A DNA stretch of 64,000 nucleotides from an uncultured Bacteroidales bacterium (GCA_934717185.1 CAKUYQ010000016.1:3162-67161); one strand, 5' to 3'. Counted from the stretch's first letter, positions 10,867 through 22,182 are shown. The notes: generated by a model from the letters alone, not told the origin. A program made the numbers and translations.

Positions 10867-12423
10867 TTAATTTTCTACAGAAATTGTAAAATCTTTATTG
10901 TACACGATATTCTTTGTTCCGGTGTTAAAGAATCCTGCATAATATCCAAAGTTGCTTTTGATTACAAAATTGGATTGAAACGCATTGTAGTCCCCATGCA
11001 GTCTTGCATAAGCCATATAGAATATGATATCGTATCCCTGAAAGGCGTATGGAGTAGGATATGTATTGTACAGAGCCTTATACCTCTCTACAAAAGACTT
11101 TGTCTGCGGATTGTCATAATCTACATAGTATGGCAGGGAGAGGTGCAGGTTAAGCTGATGCAGCTGGTAGATATCCAAGACCTCAAAATTTTTCCATTTA
11201 GGCATCCCAAACAACATTATAGGTCTCTCCTCTGTATTAAGAAGTGACAGATTTCTAATGGCATCGCTTACAAAAGCCTCATTGTTAGACGGTACTATTA
11301 CTATATTCATAATACGGTCTCTAAGAAGATTCTTTATTCTGCCCTCTACGGCCCTCCCCTCCAAAATATTGTAATGAAGCGAGCTGTAGCCTATATGCCT
11401 TTCGCTCAAACCTTTTGCAATGCTGTTCACATACAGCGAATCTGTATTGCCGCTTTCGTATATTATGACAACATTGGCAAAACTTCTGCTAAACTTGTCT
11501 GCGATATTATCAACTATTGAGTTGAGCTGGTGTTTAAGATCTGTGGGTATCTGTACAAATCTGTTGTAATGTGCGGCTAAAGAGGCTGCATTATGGTCCA
11601 TAGGAGAAACCAAGATGGTTCGGCCCTCAATGTATGGATGAATTGTCTCCAATTCGGCTTTTTTAACCGGGCCTATAACAATATCTTTTGCAGAAAACCT
11701 GCCGCTCTGCCCTATATCATCTATAGAGTTATAATCTCTCTGGTCTATTACATCCAATGAGACATCTACACCAAGAGAGGAGAGTGAATCCAATGCAAGG
11801 AGCGAACCAGCATAGAAGTCCATGAAGTTTGAGTTGAGATTGGCTGTGTCATTAGAATTGAATGGGAGAATTAGAGCGATATCTGTTTTTCTACCATACA
11901 GATCCGTTGTAAGGTTCTCATTGGTAAAAAACTGATCAGCTGTTGCGTTAACATTCTCCGTTTCATTCAAGGCTGTGCTATCTGCATGCAATTCCGTCTC
12001 ATTATCATTTTTTACCTCATTGCTACTCTCTTTGCTCTCGGCCTCTTCATTAGATCTTCTCAGTGCGAGAGCTATGCGCTCCTGTCTCGACAATCTCCTT
12101 TTCCTCTTGGACTCCTGCTTGCCGCTGCTCTTTTCATCAACGTTACCGCTTTGGTTGCTGCTTTGAGACAATTTGTCGGGAATATAAAGAATCATACCTG
12201 TCTTTAAGCCGTTGCCTAACACAGGGTTATTCTCTACAATCTCCTTTATGGAAACGTTATACGCCTTGGAGATAGAGTAGAGAGTCTCGCTTTGCTGCAC
12301 ATTGTGGACATATACAACAACTCCATCTTTCTTTATCTTGTCTTGCGCTATTTTCACATTGGTCTGGGCAGGTGCCGCGATTGTAACGGCAAGTATAATT
12401 GCCAAGGCATATAAACGTCTCAT
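10867..12423 (-). CDS. LysM domain protein with periplasmic-binding-protein-like C-terminal domain
   Basis: 518 aa. Signal peptide, then a LysM motif (VYVHNVQQSETLYSISKAYNVSIKEIVENNPVL), a low-complexity linker, and a large alpha/beta domain. Confidence 0.65.
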   Translation of the reverse strand: MRRLYALAIILAVTIAAPAQTNVKIAQDKIKKDGVVVYVHNVQQSETLYSISKAYNVSIKEIVENNPVLGNGLKTGMILYIPDKLSQSSNQSGNVDEKSSGKQESKRKRRLSRQERIALALRRSNEEAESKESSNEVKNDNETELHADSTALNETENVNATADQFFTNENLTTDLYGRKTDIALILPFNSNDTANLNSNFMDFYAGSLLALDSLSSLGVDVSLDVIDQRDYNSIDDIGQSGRFSAKDIVIGPVKKAELETIHPYIEGRTILVSPMDHNAASLAAHYNRFVQIPTDLKHQLNSIVDNIADKFSRSFANVVIIYESGNTDSLYVNSIAKGLSERHIGYSSLHYNILEGRAVEGRIKNLLRDRIMNIVIVPSNNEAFVSDAIRNLSLLNTEERPIMLFGMPKWKNFEVLDIYQLHQLNLHLSLPYYVDYDNPQTKSFVERYKALYNTYPTPYAFQGYDIIFYMAYARLHGDYNAFQSNFVIKSNFGYYAGFFNTGTKNIVYNKDFTISVEN

Positions 12424-12443
12424 AATAAGTGTACTATATTAAA

Positions 12444-13397
12444 TTACATAAGTCTTGCGAGCATGTTCTTCACATTTGTTTCAATACGCTCGTAAACATT
12501 GTTGTTGTATGGAGCCTTCTTGAACTCCTCACCTGTAATATGCTCGTAAAGCTCTATATATCTGTTTGAAATAGACTCAACTATCTCGTCTGTCATCTCG
12601 GGAACCTTCTGCCCGGGTTGTCCGCTGAATCCGTTGTCCATAAGCCATTCGCGAACAAACTCCTTGGACAACTGCCTCTGCGGCTCCCCTTTGGCAAATC
12701 TCTCCTCGTACCCGTCCGAGTAGAAATATCGGCTGCTGTCCGGAGTGTGAATCTCATCAATAAGATAGATCTCTCCATCCTTCAAGCCAAACTCATATTT
12801 TGTATCTACAAGAATCAATCCCCTTTTGGCGGCAATCTCTGTGCCTCTCTTGAACAGGGCCAGCGAAATCTCCTCCAACTTCTCATAAACATCCTTTGCA
12901 ACTATCCCCTTTGCAATAATCTCCTCCTTGGAAATATCCTGGTCATGCCCGCCAATCTCGGCCTTTGTAGTAGGGGTGATTATAGGGTGGGCAAACCTCT
13001 CGTGCTCTCTCATTCCATCCGGAACAGGCACTCCGCAAATCTCTCTTGCTCCGCTCTTGTATGTTCTCCAAGAACTTCCTGTAAGATAACCTCTTACAAT
13101 CATCTCAACAGGCAGGCTTTCACATCTGTGTCCAACAGTAACCATAGGATCCGGTGATGCAATCTTCCAGTTCTTTACAATATCCTGCGTATCATCCAAA
13201 AATTTTGAAGCTATCTGGTTCAATACCTGTCCCTTGTATGGAATCCCCTTTGGCAGTACAACGTCAAAGGCAGATATTCTGTCTGTGGCAACCATAACCA
13301 TCAGCTTGTTGTCAATTGTATAGACATCCCTCACCTTTCCAACATATTTGGAGGTCTGTTTGGAAAAATCAAATTCTGTAGATGTAATGGATTTCAT
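12444..13397 (-). CDS. purC: phosphoribosylaminoimidazole-succinocarboxamide synthase (SAICAR synthetase)
   Basis: 317 aa with [16 protein letters not shown] and [11 protein letters not shown] motifs. Confidence 0.92.
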   Translation of the reverse strand: MKSITSTEFDFSKQTSKYVGKVRDVYTIDNKLMVMVATDRISAFDVVLPKGIPYKGQVLNQIASKFLDDTQDIVKNWKIASPDPMVTVGHRCESLPVEMIVRGYLTGSSWRTYKSGAREICGVPVPDGMREHERFAHPIITPTTKAEIGGHDQDISKEEIIAKGIVAKDVYEKLEEISLALFKRGTEIAAKRGLILVDTKYEFGLKDGEIYLIDEIHTPDSSRYFYSDGYEERFAKGEPQRQLSKEFVREWLMDNGFSGQPGQKVPEMTDEIVESISNRYIELYEHITGEEFKKAPYNNNVYERIETNVKNMLARLM

Positions 13398-13477
13398 ATT
13401 ATTATTTTTTAACGCTTACTAAAAATTAAACAAATTCTATAAATGTCCCGCTTCTGTCCCCCTCTTGTCTTTTCCTA

Positions 13478-14614
13478 TCATCTGCTTCCCGACAAATCTT
13501 TTTTGTAAAACTCTATAAGTCTGTTGCAGAAGGTTTTCCAAGACAACTCCTCCTTAACCCGCTCAATATTCTTTACATACTCCTCCCTAAGGGAGCTGTT
13601 GTCAAAATAGCTCTTTATGGCATTGGCTATAGTCTCCTTCCTGCAATCCTTTATTATCATGCCGGTACCCTTGTCGCCAATGGTCTCCTTAAGACCTCCA
13701 ACATCTGTTGTAATCATCGGGAGGTTAAAATTAAAACAGATGGAACTTATGCCGCTTTGAGTGGCAGACCTGTAAGGCAGCACACATACATCGGATGCAG
13801 AGAAATATGGTGATACGCAACTATCCTTAATGTAGCTTGTAGTTACACTTATGTTATCTCTGTAAGGAGAGCTGTCTATTAATGCCTCATATTTATCAAA
13901 ACTGCCGTATGGTTCTCCTGCAATGATAAGTTGGTAGGAGCCGTCCAAAAGATTAAAAGCCTCTATAAGCAGATCCAACCCTTTGTACTCTCTTATAAGC
14001 CCAAAAAAGAGAATATTCCTTTTATTGGGTTTTATTCCCAACTGTCTGCAAGCCTGTTCTTTGGAGATCTTTGCTCCAAAATGGGAGTAGAGTGGGTGAG
14101 GGGTAACCAAAACAGGCTTCTCTCTGTCGAACGAAAGAAGATCATTCCTTACAGCGTCACACAACACCACAAAGCCGTTGTTGGGCTTTAAGAACCATTT
14201 GGTAAACGGACGGTCAAAAAAATGCGGCTCATGCGGAATAACATTATCCAAAATGGAAACAACCTTGCAATCTCTTCCAACATGTCTCGCAACATAACCC
14301 AATGACGGAGCAAACCAACTCATCCAATACCTCATTATAAGAAGATCCGGATTAAATCTCCTAATAGCCTTTGCAGTAGAGATATATGTAAAAGGATTTG
14401 CCGTATCCAATAGAGCACAAGACTCTACCGGTACGGCATCATCATCTTTCGTAACATATTGAGTCTTACCCGGAAAGAGAATGTCTGGATACTGTCTCTT
14501 AAAATTAAAAGCTTTTACAGAATGCTCCTTTCCCAGTTCCTGCATCAAATATGTGTTAAACTGAGAAATACCACCTCTGTACGGGTAAAAGCAGGATAAT
14601 ATTGCTATTCTCAA
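13478..14614 (-). CDS. glycosyltransferase family 4 (group 1)
   Basis: 378 aa with a GT-B fold pattern and a C-terminal EX7E-like region (PYRSATQSGISSICFNFNLPMITTDVGGLKE). Confidence 0.75.
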   Translation of the reverse strand: MRIAILSCFYPYRGGISQFNTYLMQELGKEHSVKAFNFKRQYPDILFPGKTQYVTKDDDAVPVESCALLDTANPFTYISTAKAIRRFNPDLLIMRYWMSWFAPSLGYVARHVGRDCKVVSILDNVIPHEPHFFDRPFTKWFLKPNNGFVVLCDAVRNDLLSFDREKPVLVTPHPLYSHFGAKISKEQACRQLGIKPNKRNILFFGLIREYKGLDLLIEAFNLLDGSYQLIIAGEPYGSFDKYEALIDSSPYRDNISVTTSYIKDSCVSPYFSASDVCVLPYRSATQSGISSICFNFNLPMITTDVGGLKETIGDKGTGMIIKDCRKETIANAIKSYFDNSSLREEYVKNIERVKEELSWKTFCNRLIEFYKKDLSGSR

Positions 14615-15205
14615 CTATTTTGTTTTAGATTTTACATACTCCTCGTTCAAACCTACAAGAACATTGTTGGTAATGTCAAGCTGCGAATTGCCAACTATAA
14701 CCGTATTTGTACTTCCGCTGGTTGTAAGGATAAGTGCATAATTGTGCTCTGCATTATACTTCTCAACGTAAGTCTGGATGGCATCCATAACCTTGTTAAG
14801 CATAACCTGCTGCTCCTCCGCCATCTCCATGCTCTTTTGCTGTCTCAGGCCCTCAAGAGACTGCTGGCGTTGGTATAGCTGCTGTTGCTGCTCCTCTGCC
14901 TGTGCACGAGTCAGCAACCCTTTGTTTATCTTGGTCTCAAAATCCTTGGCCGCACTTTCAAATGCCCGTCCCTTCTTGTTGAGGTCTTCCTGAATAACCT
15001 GTGCTTTAGCTTCAAGCTCAGACTTAAGATCGTTGAACATGTCGTAGTTGTTTACCAAAGAATCCATCTGAATGTAGACAATGCTCCCCGAAGGTGCTAC
15101 AGTGGCAGTCTCAACTGAGGCAGCCGCCTTTGTGTCTGAGGCCGTGTTATTGTTACAAGAAACAAGAATTGTTGCAAGCGCAACAGCTAGAATTGCTTTT
15201 TTCAT
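14615..15205 (-). CDS. OmpH/Skp family periplasmic chaperone
   Basis: 196 aa with a lipoprotein-like signal (LVSC) and a coiled-coil Q/E-rich core typical of OmpH. Its stop directly abuts the GT4 start. Confidence 0.75.
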   Translation of the reverse strand: MKKAILAVALATILVSCNNNTASDTKAAASVETATVAPSGSIVYIQMDSLVNNYDMFNDLKSELEAKAQVIQEDLNKKGRAFESAAKDFETKINKGLLTRAQAEEQQQQLYQRQQSLEGLRQQKSMEMAEEQQVMLNKVMDAIQTYVEKYNAEHNYALILTTSGSTNTVIVGNSQLDITNNVLVGLNEEYVKSKTK

Positions 15206-15270
15206 ATTATTTATTTGTTAATTATTTAACATCCCTATGCATACAACCTGCAAATATAGCAATAATTATG

Positions 15271-15984
15271 CTATTTCAATCTGTCCAAGTATTCTTTTAT
15301 AGTCTGCTCAAGCCCTAAGTAGAGCGCGTCACATATAAGTGCGTGCCCAATGGAGACCTCATCTAACCAATTTATAGTTTGATGAAAATATCTCAGATTG
15401 TCTAAGTTGAGGTCGTGGCCGGCGTTTAGCCCCAATCCGCATCTGCGGGCCTCCTCTGCCGCCTTAAGATAAGGCTCTATGGCTTTTTCCCTGTTAGCAG
15501 AGTAGTTTTTTGCGTAAGCCTCGGTATAAAGTTCAACCCTGTCGCAACCGCACTCCGCTGCATTCGTAACCATCTCAACAACAGGATCCACAAAAATGGA
15601 TACCCTTATGCCGTAACTCTTAAAAAAACTACAGATCTCCTTAAGATAACTCTTGTTCTTAATGGTGTCCCACCCAGCATTTGATGTTAACACGTTCTCT
15701 GCGTCGGGAACTAAAGTTACCTGATTGGGAATAACCTTGGTAACCAACTCCTTAAAAGAATCTATAGGATTCCCCTCTATATTGAATTCTGTTTTAAGCA
15801 CCGGCCTAATCTCTAATACATCGCTATATCTTATATGTCTTTCATCCGGCCTTGGGTGAACCGTAATACCTTGAGCACCAAATTTTTCACAATCAATAGC
15901 ACATTGCAGGACATTAGGCATGTTGCCACCCCTCGCATTACGGATAGTGGCTATTTTGTTTATGTTAACGCTAAGTTTAGTCAT
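15271..15984 (-). CDS. pdxJ: pyridoxine 5'-phosphate synthase
   Basis: 237 aa with [25 protein letters not shown] and GHALI motifs. Confidence 0.92.
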   Translation of the reverse strand: MTKLSVNINKIATIRNARGGNMPNVLQCAIDCEKFGAQGITVHPRPDERHIRYSDVLEIRPVLKTEFNIEGNPIDSFKELVTKVIPNQVTLVPDAENVLTSNAGWDTIKNKSYLKEICSFFKSYGIRVSIFVDPVVEMVTNAAECGCDRVELYTEAYAKNYSANREKAIEPYLKAAEEARRCGLGLNAGHDLNLDNLRYFHQTINWLDEVSIGHALICDALYLGLEQTIKEYLDRLK

Positions 15985-16238
15985 AAGTATATCTGTTTGG
16001 TAATCTTAAAAAAATAACTTGGTAATCTTTAATTGTCTTTTTGGTCTATATTTCTTTTCTCATCAGTCATGTGCCACCGGCACACTCCCTCTTCAAAAAG
16101 ACATCTATCCTCAAAAATACTGCTAAATCTTTACCAATTTGTTTTTAACGCTTACTTAAAGCAGTACAAAATTATAGAATTTTTTATATTTGCATTATCT
16201 GAGAGGATAAATTAGGTTGCAGAATAAAAAAAATAAGG

Positions 16239-17156
16239 ATGAAGATTGCACTTTTTGGAAAAAACATAGATGAACGATCAATGGGAGATTTCATAAGACT
16301 TATGCATCTCCTCAATAATAAACCAAACATAGAGTGGACAGTCTATGCCCCTTTCTATGAAAGATATAAAGAGAAAGTGCAGTTTCCCAAAGGATCCCTT
16401 TTTAATGATTATTCAGATCTGCTTCCTAACAACGATCTTTTTTTGGCCCTTGGTGGAGACGGAACAATTTTGGATTCCCTTACATTGGTACGAGATAAGG
16501 AGATTCCGGTAGCCGGAATCAATTTCGGGCGATTGGGTTTTCTTACAACAGAAAGCGTAGATGAACAGAATCTCTGGATGGATGATATACTTAAAAAGAA
16601 CTACAAGGTTAACAGTAGAACATTGCTACATGTATGTAAGCCGGGTTTGGATTGCGGTATGTACGGTGCGGAAGAGATCTACCCGTATGCCCTTAACGAG
16701 GTATCCATACAGAGAATAGAGCCGGCAATGTTGGAGATTCATGTAAAGATAGACGGAGAGCCGATACCTGTATATTGGGCAGACGGAATACTCATAGCTA
16801 CTGCAACGGGTTCCACAGCCTATTCGCTCAGTGTGGGAGGTCCTGTTGTCACACCGGATTCCAAAGTTCTTATCATATCGCCTATTGCACCGCATAACCT
16901 TAATGTAAGACCGCTCATAGTGCCGCAATCCTCAATGGTAGAACTCTTTTTCACAGGACGTGTAGATGAGGCGCAGCTTACAATGGACAACAGATATTTT
17001 AAGATTGGGAAAGATGAGCCGGTTGTTGTACGCACGGCAGACTATACGCTTAACTGCATAACACTCAATAATAACTTTTTCAGAGCGCTGAATGAAAAAC
17101 TCCTGTGGGGAGAGGATAAAAGGAATATGCGCAAGTCTGCAGGCAGTTTGTTGTAA
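16239..17156 (+). CDS. nadK: NAD kinase
   Basis: 305 aa with the GGDGT motif (LALGGDGTILDS) and ATATGSTAYSLSVGGP. Confidence 0.9.
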   Translation: MKIALFGKNIDERSMGDFIRLMHLLNNKPNIEWTVYAPFYERYKEKVQFPKGSLFNDYSDLLPNNDLFLALGGDGTILDSLTLVRDKEIPVAGINFGRLGFLTTESVDEQNLWMDDILKKNYKVNSRTLLHVCKPGLDCGMYGAEEIYPYALNEVSIQRIEPAMLEIHVKIDGEPIPVYWADGILIATATGSTAYSLSVGGPVVTPDSKVLIISPIAPHNLNVRPLIVPQSSMVELFFTGRVDEAQLTMDNRYFKIGKDEPVVVRTADYTLNCITLNNNFFRALNEKLLWGEDKRNMRKSAGSLL

Positions 17157-17181
17157 TATCCCCAAGCATTCACTATATTTG
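17147..17181 (+). promoter_or_regulatory. candidate Bacteroides-type promoter for uppS-bamA-skp
   Basis: TTTG (17147..17150), a 23-nt spacer, then TATATTTG (17174..17181), which matches the TAnnTTTG -7 consensus. It lies 26 nt before the uppS ATG. The spacer is longer than the canonical 19-21 nt. Confidence 0.4.
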
Positions 17182-17206
17182 CAATTTGTTTGTTTAATTG
17201 CCCATT

Positions 17207-17899
17207 ATGAATGATGATATGAAATTGCCGTTGCACGTCTCCATGATAATGGATGGAAACGGGCGTTGGGCCAAAGAAAAGGGGAAAGAGAGGCTGTTTG
17301 GTCATGCAGAGGGGATAGAGAGCGTACGAGCATGCACGGAGTATGCTGTAGAGAGAGGTATAAAGTATCTCAGCCTGTTTGCTTTTTCCACGGAGAATTG
17401 GAACCGGCCTGTAGAGGAGGTTGAGGGGCTTATGCGAATGATGATAAAGGCAATATCCAATGAAACGCCAACATTTGTGAAAAACGGAATAAGGTTTAGA
17501 GTCATAGGAGATTTTTCTGGACTTTCACAAGAGCTGCAACAGGAGATAGAAGATTGTCAAAAACTTACAGAAAAGTTTAGCAATCTCACACTTATAGTTT
17601 TTTTGAGCTATAGCGGAAAATGGGATATCCTGCAAGCTGCAAGAAAGGCGGCACAGGCAGGAAAGAGTGATATTTCAGAGAAGGATTTTGAATCCTACCT
17701 GAGTACTGCCGGTATTCCGGACCCTGATCTGATTATCAGGACAAGCGGAGAGCAGAGAATCAGCAACTACATGCTTTGGCAAGCGGCTTATTCGGAGCTT
17801 TACTTTACAAAAACACTTTGGCCTGATTTTCGCAAAAATGAGTTCCGTCTCGCTTTAGAGGAGTACGCATCCAGGAGCAGACGCTTTGGAAAAATATAA
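17207..17899 (+). CDS. uppS: isoprenyl transferase (undecaprenyl diphosphate synthase)
   Basis: HVSMIMDGNGRWA and ERLFGH motifs. The ORF track begins at a TTG (17198); the ATG at 17207 is preferred. Confidence 0.9.
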   Translation: MNDDMKLPLHVSMIMDGNGRWAKEKGKERLFGHAEGIESVRACTEYAVERGIKYLSLFAFSTENWNRPVEEVEGLMRMMIKAISNETPTFVKNGIRFRVIGDFSGLSQELQQEIEDCQKLTEKFSNLTLIVFLSYSGKWDILQAARKAAQAGKSDISEKDFESYLSTAGIPDPDLIIRTSGEQRISNYMLWQAAYSELYFTKTLWPDFRKNEFRLALEEYASRSRRFGKI

Positions 17900-17921
17900 T
17901 AACTATTGCATTAACAATTCA

Positions 17922-20435
17922 ATGAGATTATTTAAAATACTCGTGCTCGCAAGTCTTTTGGTTCCTTGCGGTCTGTTTGCACAAGAGCATAAAAATGAGG
18001 TTGTAGTAGACTATAACAATCCCAAAACCTATACCATAGGAGACATTAAGATTAGTGGTGTAGACTATCTTAGAGAGGAGCAGATATTGTCTTTGACAGG
18101 ATTACAACCTGGGGACGTCATAACAATACCTGGTGATGAGATCTCGCAGATCTTAAAAAGAATCTTAATGCAGCGCAAATTTTCCGATGCAGGTTTTTAT
18201 ATAGACTCGTTGAAAGGCAAAGACACCATAGTTCTTGGGTTGCGTTTAGTTGTAAAACCCCGTGTCTCAAGGTGGGTTTTCACAGGAACAAAAAAGAGTG
18301 AAGAATCTGAGCTGTCTGAGAGACTTAAATTAAGGAGAGGGCAGGAGTTGTCTGATTACGTAGTAAAGTCATCTACAGATATCATTAAAAGGTATTACAA
18401 AGAGAAGGGATTTCTAAAAACAGAGGTAAGGGTAGAGCAGACCAACGATACGGTTGTCAAAAATGCGGTAAGGGTGAATTTTGTTGTAGACAGAGGCCCA
18501 AAAGTAAAGATTCAAAGAATAACATTCAAAGGCAACGATGAGATAAAGGCTTCCAAATTGGCAAGAGCCATGAAAAAGACAAAGGACAAAAGGATTGTCA
18601 ATTTCTTGAGGAGCAAAAAATTCAACGAGAAGGAGTACCCCAACGATAAGGAGAACATGATTCAGGTGTTCAACGAAGCCGGTTACAGAGATGCGAGGAT
18701 AGTGAAAGACTCCATGTACTATGTGGAACCGGGAAGAATGAACATAGATTTTACAATAGACAAGGGTAAAAAATACTACTTTAGGGAGATTACATGGACA
18801 GGAAACTCCGTATACACAGCCCAACAACTCTCTCAAGTACTTCATTTGGAGAAGGGAGATGTGTATGATGTGGTAAATATGAGAAAGAGACTGTTTGGAG
18901 ATGGAAAAGGGCAGAACCCCGATGTTAACAAAATGTACACAGACAACGGCTATCTCTTCTTTAACATAACTCCTGTTGAGGTAAACATAGACGGCGATTC
19001 CGTAGATGTGGAGATGAGGATAGTTGAGGGGAAACCGGCTACATTTAACAATATTATAGTGAACGGCAACACAATAACCAACGAGAAGATAGTAAGAAGG
19101 GCCCTGTTCACAAAACCCGGATACCTTTACAGCCAGACAGACTTTGAGCGTTCCATGAGGGAGATTGCCTCAATGGGGCATTTTGAAGCGGAGCATGCCT
19201 ATTCAGATAAAGGATACAACATAATGCCAAACCAGAATAACAATACGGTAGATATAGCATTTAACGTGGAGGAGAAGCCTAACAGCCAGTTGGAGCTCTC
19301 CGGAGGATGGGGAGGCAACACTTTTGTAGGAACATTGGGCGTAAGTTTTAACAACTTCTCGTTTAAGAGAATGTTTGAGAAGAATGCATGGAGGCCTGTA
19401 CCACTTGGAGACGCACAGACCTTGGCCATAAGATTCCAGACCAACGGTACATACTATACGGCACTCTCGGCATCTTTCATGGAGCCGTGGCTTACAGGCA
19501 AGAAACCTACATCATTGAATGTTCAGGTATACTTTACACGTCAGACCAACTCATATTACTATTACCAGACCTCGGACGAATATATGGAGGTTTACGGTGC
19601 GGCGGTAGGACTTGGTAACAGACTCAAATGGCCTGATAACTACTTTGTATTGTATCATGAGCTAAGCTGGCAGACATATAAGTTAAAGAACTGGAACTAC
19701 AACTTCCTTTTCAATACGGGAATGTCTCACAATGCAAGTTACAAGATATCGCTCAACAGAAACTCAACAGACCAGCCGCTCTATCCAAGAGGAGGATCAG
19801 ACCTGTTGCTCAGCCTGCAGCTTACTCCGCCATACTCGCTATTCCGTTCAAAAAATACGGATTACAAGAATATGGATGACAAAGAGAGGTATAAATGGAT
19901 AGAGTACCACAAATGGACATTTAAGAGTACCTTGTATACAAAGCTTATTGGAGATCTTGTCCTTAAGACGGCTGCGAATTTCGGCTATCTTGGATATTAT
20001 AACAAAGATCTTGGATATTCTCCGTTTGAGGGATTCCAGCTTGGAGGCGACGGTATGAGCGGTTATAACACATACGGTTCTGAGATCATAGGACTGAGAG
20101 GTTATCCGAACAGCTCCCTCACCCCAATTAAAGACAATGCATACGCCGGTAACGTATATGACAAGTTTACGGTTGAGCTAAGATACCCTGTTGTATTGCA
20201 GCCGCAATCTACAATCTATGCGCTGTTATTCTTGGAGGGTGGTAATTGCTGGTCCGATATAAGAGAGTTCAACCCGTTCCAGATTAAAAGGTCTGCCGGT
20301 GTAGGTCTAAGGGTATTCCTCCCTATAGTTGGTATGCTTGGTATAGATTGGGGTTACGGATTTGATCCGGTACCTAACGAGAACCTCAAGAGAGGGGGAA
20401 GCCAGTTCCACTTTGTAATAGGTCAACAGTTCTAA
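17922..20435 (+). CDS. bamA: outer membrane protein assembly factor BamA
   Basis: About 837 aa from MRLFKILVLASLL (the ORF track starts at 17886). It has POTRA repeats and a C-terminal Omp85/D15 barrel ending in FVIGQQF. Confidence 0.9.
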   Translation: MRLFKILVLASLLVPCGLFAQEHKNEVVVDYNNPKTYTIGDIKISGVDYLREEQILSLTGLQPGDVITIPGDEISQILKRILMQRKFSDAGFYIDSLKGKDTIVLGLRLVVKPRVSRWVFTGTKKSEESELSERLKLRRGQELSDYVVKSSTDIIKRYYKEKGFLKTEVRVEQTNDTVVKNAVRVNFVVDRGPKVKIQRITFKGNDEIKASKLARAMKKTKDKRIVNFLRSKKFNEKEYPNDKENMIQVFNEAGYRDARIVKDSMYYVEPGRMNIDFTIDKGKKYYFREITWTGNSVYTAQQLSQVLHLEKGDVYDVVNMRKRLFGDGKGQNPDVNKMYTDNGYLFFNITPVEVNIDGDSVDVEMRIVEGKPATFNNIIVNGNTITNEKIVRRALFTKPGYLYSQTDFERSMREIASMGHFEAEHAYSDKGYNIMPNQNNNTVDIAFNVEEKPNSQLELSGGWGGNTFVGTLGVSFNNFSFKRMFEKNAWRPVPLGDAQTLAIRFQTNGTYYTALSASFMEPWLTGKKPTSLNVQVYFTRQTNSYYYYQTSDEYMEVYGAAVGLGNRLKWPDNYFVLYHELSWQTYKLKNWNYNFLFNTGMSHNASYKISLNRNSTDQPLYPRGGSDLLLSLQLTPPYSLFRSKNTDYKNMDDKERYKWIEYHKWTFKSTLYTKLIGDLVLKTAANFGYLGYYNKDLGYSPFEGFQLGGDGMSGYNTYGSEIIGLRGYPNSSLTPIKDNAYAGNVYDKFTVELRYPVVLQPQSTIYALLFLEGGNCWSDIREFNPFQIKRSAGVGLRVFLPIVGMLGIDWGYGFDPVPNENLKRGGSQFHFVIGQQF

Positions 20436-20454
20436 ACCATAAAAATTTTTGTGT

Positions 20455-20994
20455 ATGAAGAGATTTATTATTGCAATTATTGTTGTTTTGACTTCTGCTT
20501 CGTATGGCATTCTTAATGCACAGAATGTGTACTATCCAAATGGCAAGGTAGGGTATATAAATACAGATTCGATACTTGTTAAGATTCCTGCGTATGAGAC
20601 TGCAACAAAGGAGTTGGATAAATTAAGCGAGCAGTACAAACAGAAGATAGAGTCCGATGTTCAGAAGATAGAGACCTTGTATCAGAGCTACCAGTCCCAG
20701 AAGCAAAGATTAACGGAAACAGAGAGATCATACAGAGAGCAGGATATAATAAAGAGGGAAAAGGAGGTAAAGGAGCTGCAGAAACTCTATTTTGGTCCCG
20801 ACGGCTATCTTCAGAAAAAATCTGAGGAGTTGCTCTCTCCAATAAAGGAGAAAGTTCAGGCTGCCATAGATAAAATTGCTAAAGATGGGAATTTTATGAT
20901 TATCTTTGACCTTGCTGCCATGCAGGGGGTTGCTTACTATGCACCCGGAGACAATCTTAATCAATATGTTTTAAGACTATTAGGATTACAATAA
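20455..20994 (+). CDS. OmpH/Skp family chaperone
   Basis: Signal peptide MKRFIIAIIVVLTSASYG followed by a coiled-coil OmpH core. It sits in the conserved position after bamA. ATG at 20455 (the ORF track uses TTG at 20449). Confidence 0.8.
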   Translation: MKRFIIAIIVVLTSASYGILNAQNVYYPNGKVGYINTDSILVKIPAYETATKELDKLSEQYKQKIESDVQKIETLYQSYQSQKQRLTETERSYREQDIIKREKEVKELQKLYFGPDGYLQKKSEELLSPIKEKVQAAIDKIAKDGNFMIIFDLAAMQGVAYYAPGDNLNQYVLRLLGLQ

Positions 20995-21012
20995 AACTAT
21001 AACAAATACAAA

Positions 21013-21585
21013 ATGAAAAAAGTCACACTTCTTTTATTTGGGTTAGGCTTGTTGCTGTCAACATCGTCATTTGCCCAGAACCTAAAATTCGGCCAGCTGA
21101 ATATGCAGGAGCTTATAGCTCTTATGCCTGAGAGAGACTCTGCTATTGTAAAATTGGAAAAATACGGAGCCGAATTAGACGAAACTTTGCAGGGAATGCA
21201 GACTGAATTTAATACTAAGCTTCAGACCTACAACCAGAAGAGCGCAACTTGGACGGCTGCTGTTTTGGAGGCAAAAACAAAAGAGCTTCAGGAGATGCGC
21301 CAGAGATTGGAGCAGTTTCAGGTAAATGCACAGAATGAATACGGACAGATGCAGCAGGAGTTGTTTGCCCCTGTATTCAAGAAGGCTAATGAGGCTATCG
21401 ATAAATTGGGCAAGGAGAACGGATTTACATATATCTTTGACCTTTCGGCAGGAACAGTCATCTTCCATAGTGATGCGACTGTAGATGTACTTCCTTTGGC
21501 AAAGAAAGCATTGGGAATTCCTGCAAGCAAGACTACACCGTTTGTTCCGGCTTCTGCGCAACAAGCAGCTGCCGCACAGAAGTAA
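21013..21585 (+). CDS. OmpH/Skp family chaperone
   Basis: 190 aa with a signal peptide and coiled-coil OmpH core. It is the second tandem copy after bamA. Confidence 0.8.
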   Translation: MKKVTLLLFGLGLLLSTSSFAQNLKFGQLNMQELIALMPERDSAIVKLEKYGAELDETLQGMQTEFNTKLQTYNQKSATWTAAVLEAKTKELQEMRQRLEQFQVNAQNEYGQMQQELFAPVFKKANEAIDKLGKENGFTYIFDLSAGTVIFHSDATVDVLPLAKKALGIPASKTTPFVPASAQQAAAAQK

Positions 21586-21614
21586 TAACTTTCGGATATA
21601 ACTGATTATACTTA

Positions 21615-21653
21615 GCGGGTTGCCTTTATAAGTAAGGGCAACCCGCTTTTTTT
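21615..21653 (+). terminator. intrinsic terminator after the skp pair
   Basis: Perfect 10-bp stem gcgggttgcc / ggcaacccgc (21615..21624 and 21637..21646), followed by a T7 run. Confidence 0.8.
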
Positions 21654-21685
21654 AACAACACTAAAATATTATGAGAGATTCTTTT

Positions 21686-22162
21686 TTACTCATCTTCACC
21701 CCAACCGGTTCTTCTGAACCCCGAAATGGTGTAGCTATGGCCGGTAACGGATGAATAATAGGTCATTTCTATAGAGTCTTCCGTACCTCCTGAAGGTGTT
21801 GTCGCACCATTTACAACAACTTTTCCCTCTATGTCGCTTGTACCTCCGCGCAATTGGTTCTCAACCTTCTTGCCGCTAAAAGTACAGTTAGCTACATCAC
21901 ATTCTATTTTACATCTGGTGCCATACTTTAAGTTTATCCATAACCACATTACATTTTTTTCCTTATTAGCGGTGTCGTATGTGAATATTACGGCATGCTC
22001 TGACTCCTTGGTGGTATTATCTGTTATGCTAATCCTCCACTCACCGCAAAGCGGATAAATAGGGGAGAACTCCTGTTTGTACTTTTTATTGTATGTTTCG
22101 CACGAAGCAGTGCAGATAACAAGAAGTGTGAATGATATTAAAATATTCGTAATCTTATTCAT
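21686..22162 (-). CDS. small surface lipoprotein encoded downstream of SusD (function unknown)
   Basis: 158 aa with lipoprotein signal LLVICTASC and a beta-rich sequence. It is the last gene of the susC1-susD1 operon. It may belong to the small lipid-binding-like lipoprotein family found in such operons, but this is unverified. Confidence 0.5.
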   Translation of the reverse strand: MNKITNILISFTLLVICTASCETYNKKYKQEFSPIYPLCGEWRISITDNTTKESEHAVIFTYDTANKEKNVMWLWINLKYGTRCKIECDVANCTFSGKKVENQLRGGTSDIEGKVVVNGATTPSGGTEDSIEMTYYSSVTGHSYTISGFRRTGWGEDE

Positions 22163-22182
22163 AGCTTTTATTTTTGTTATTG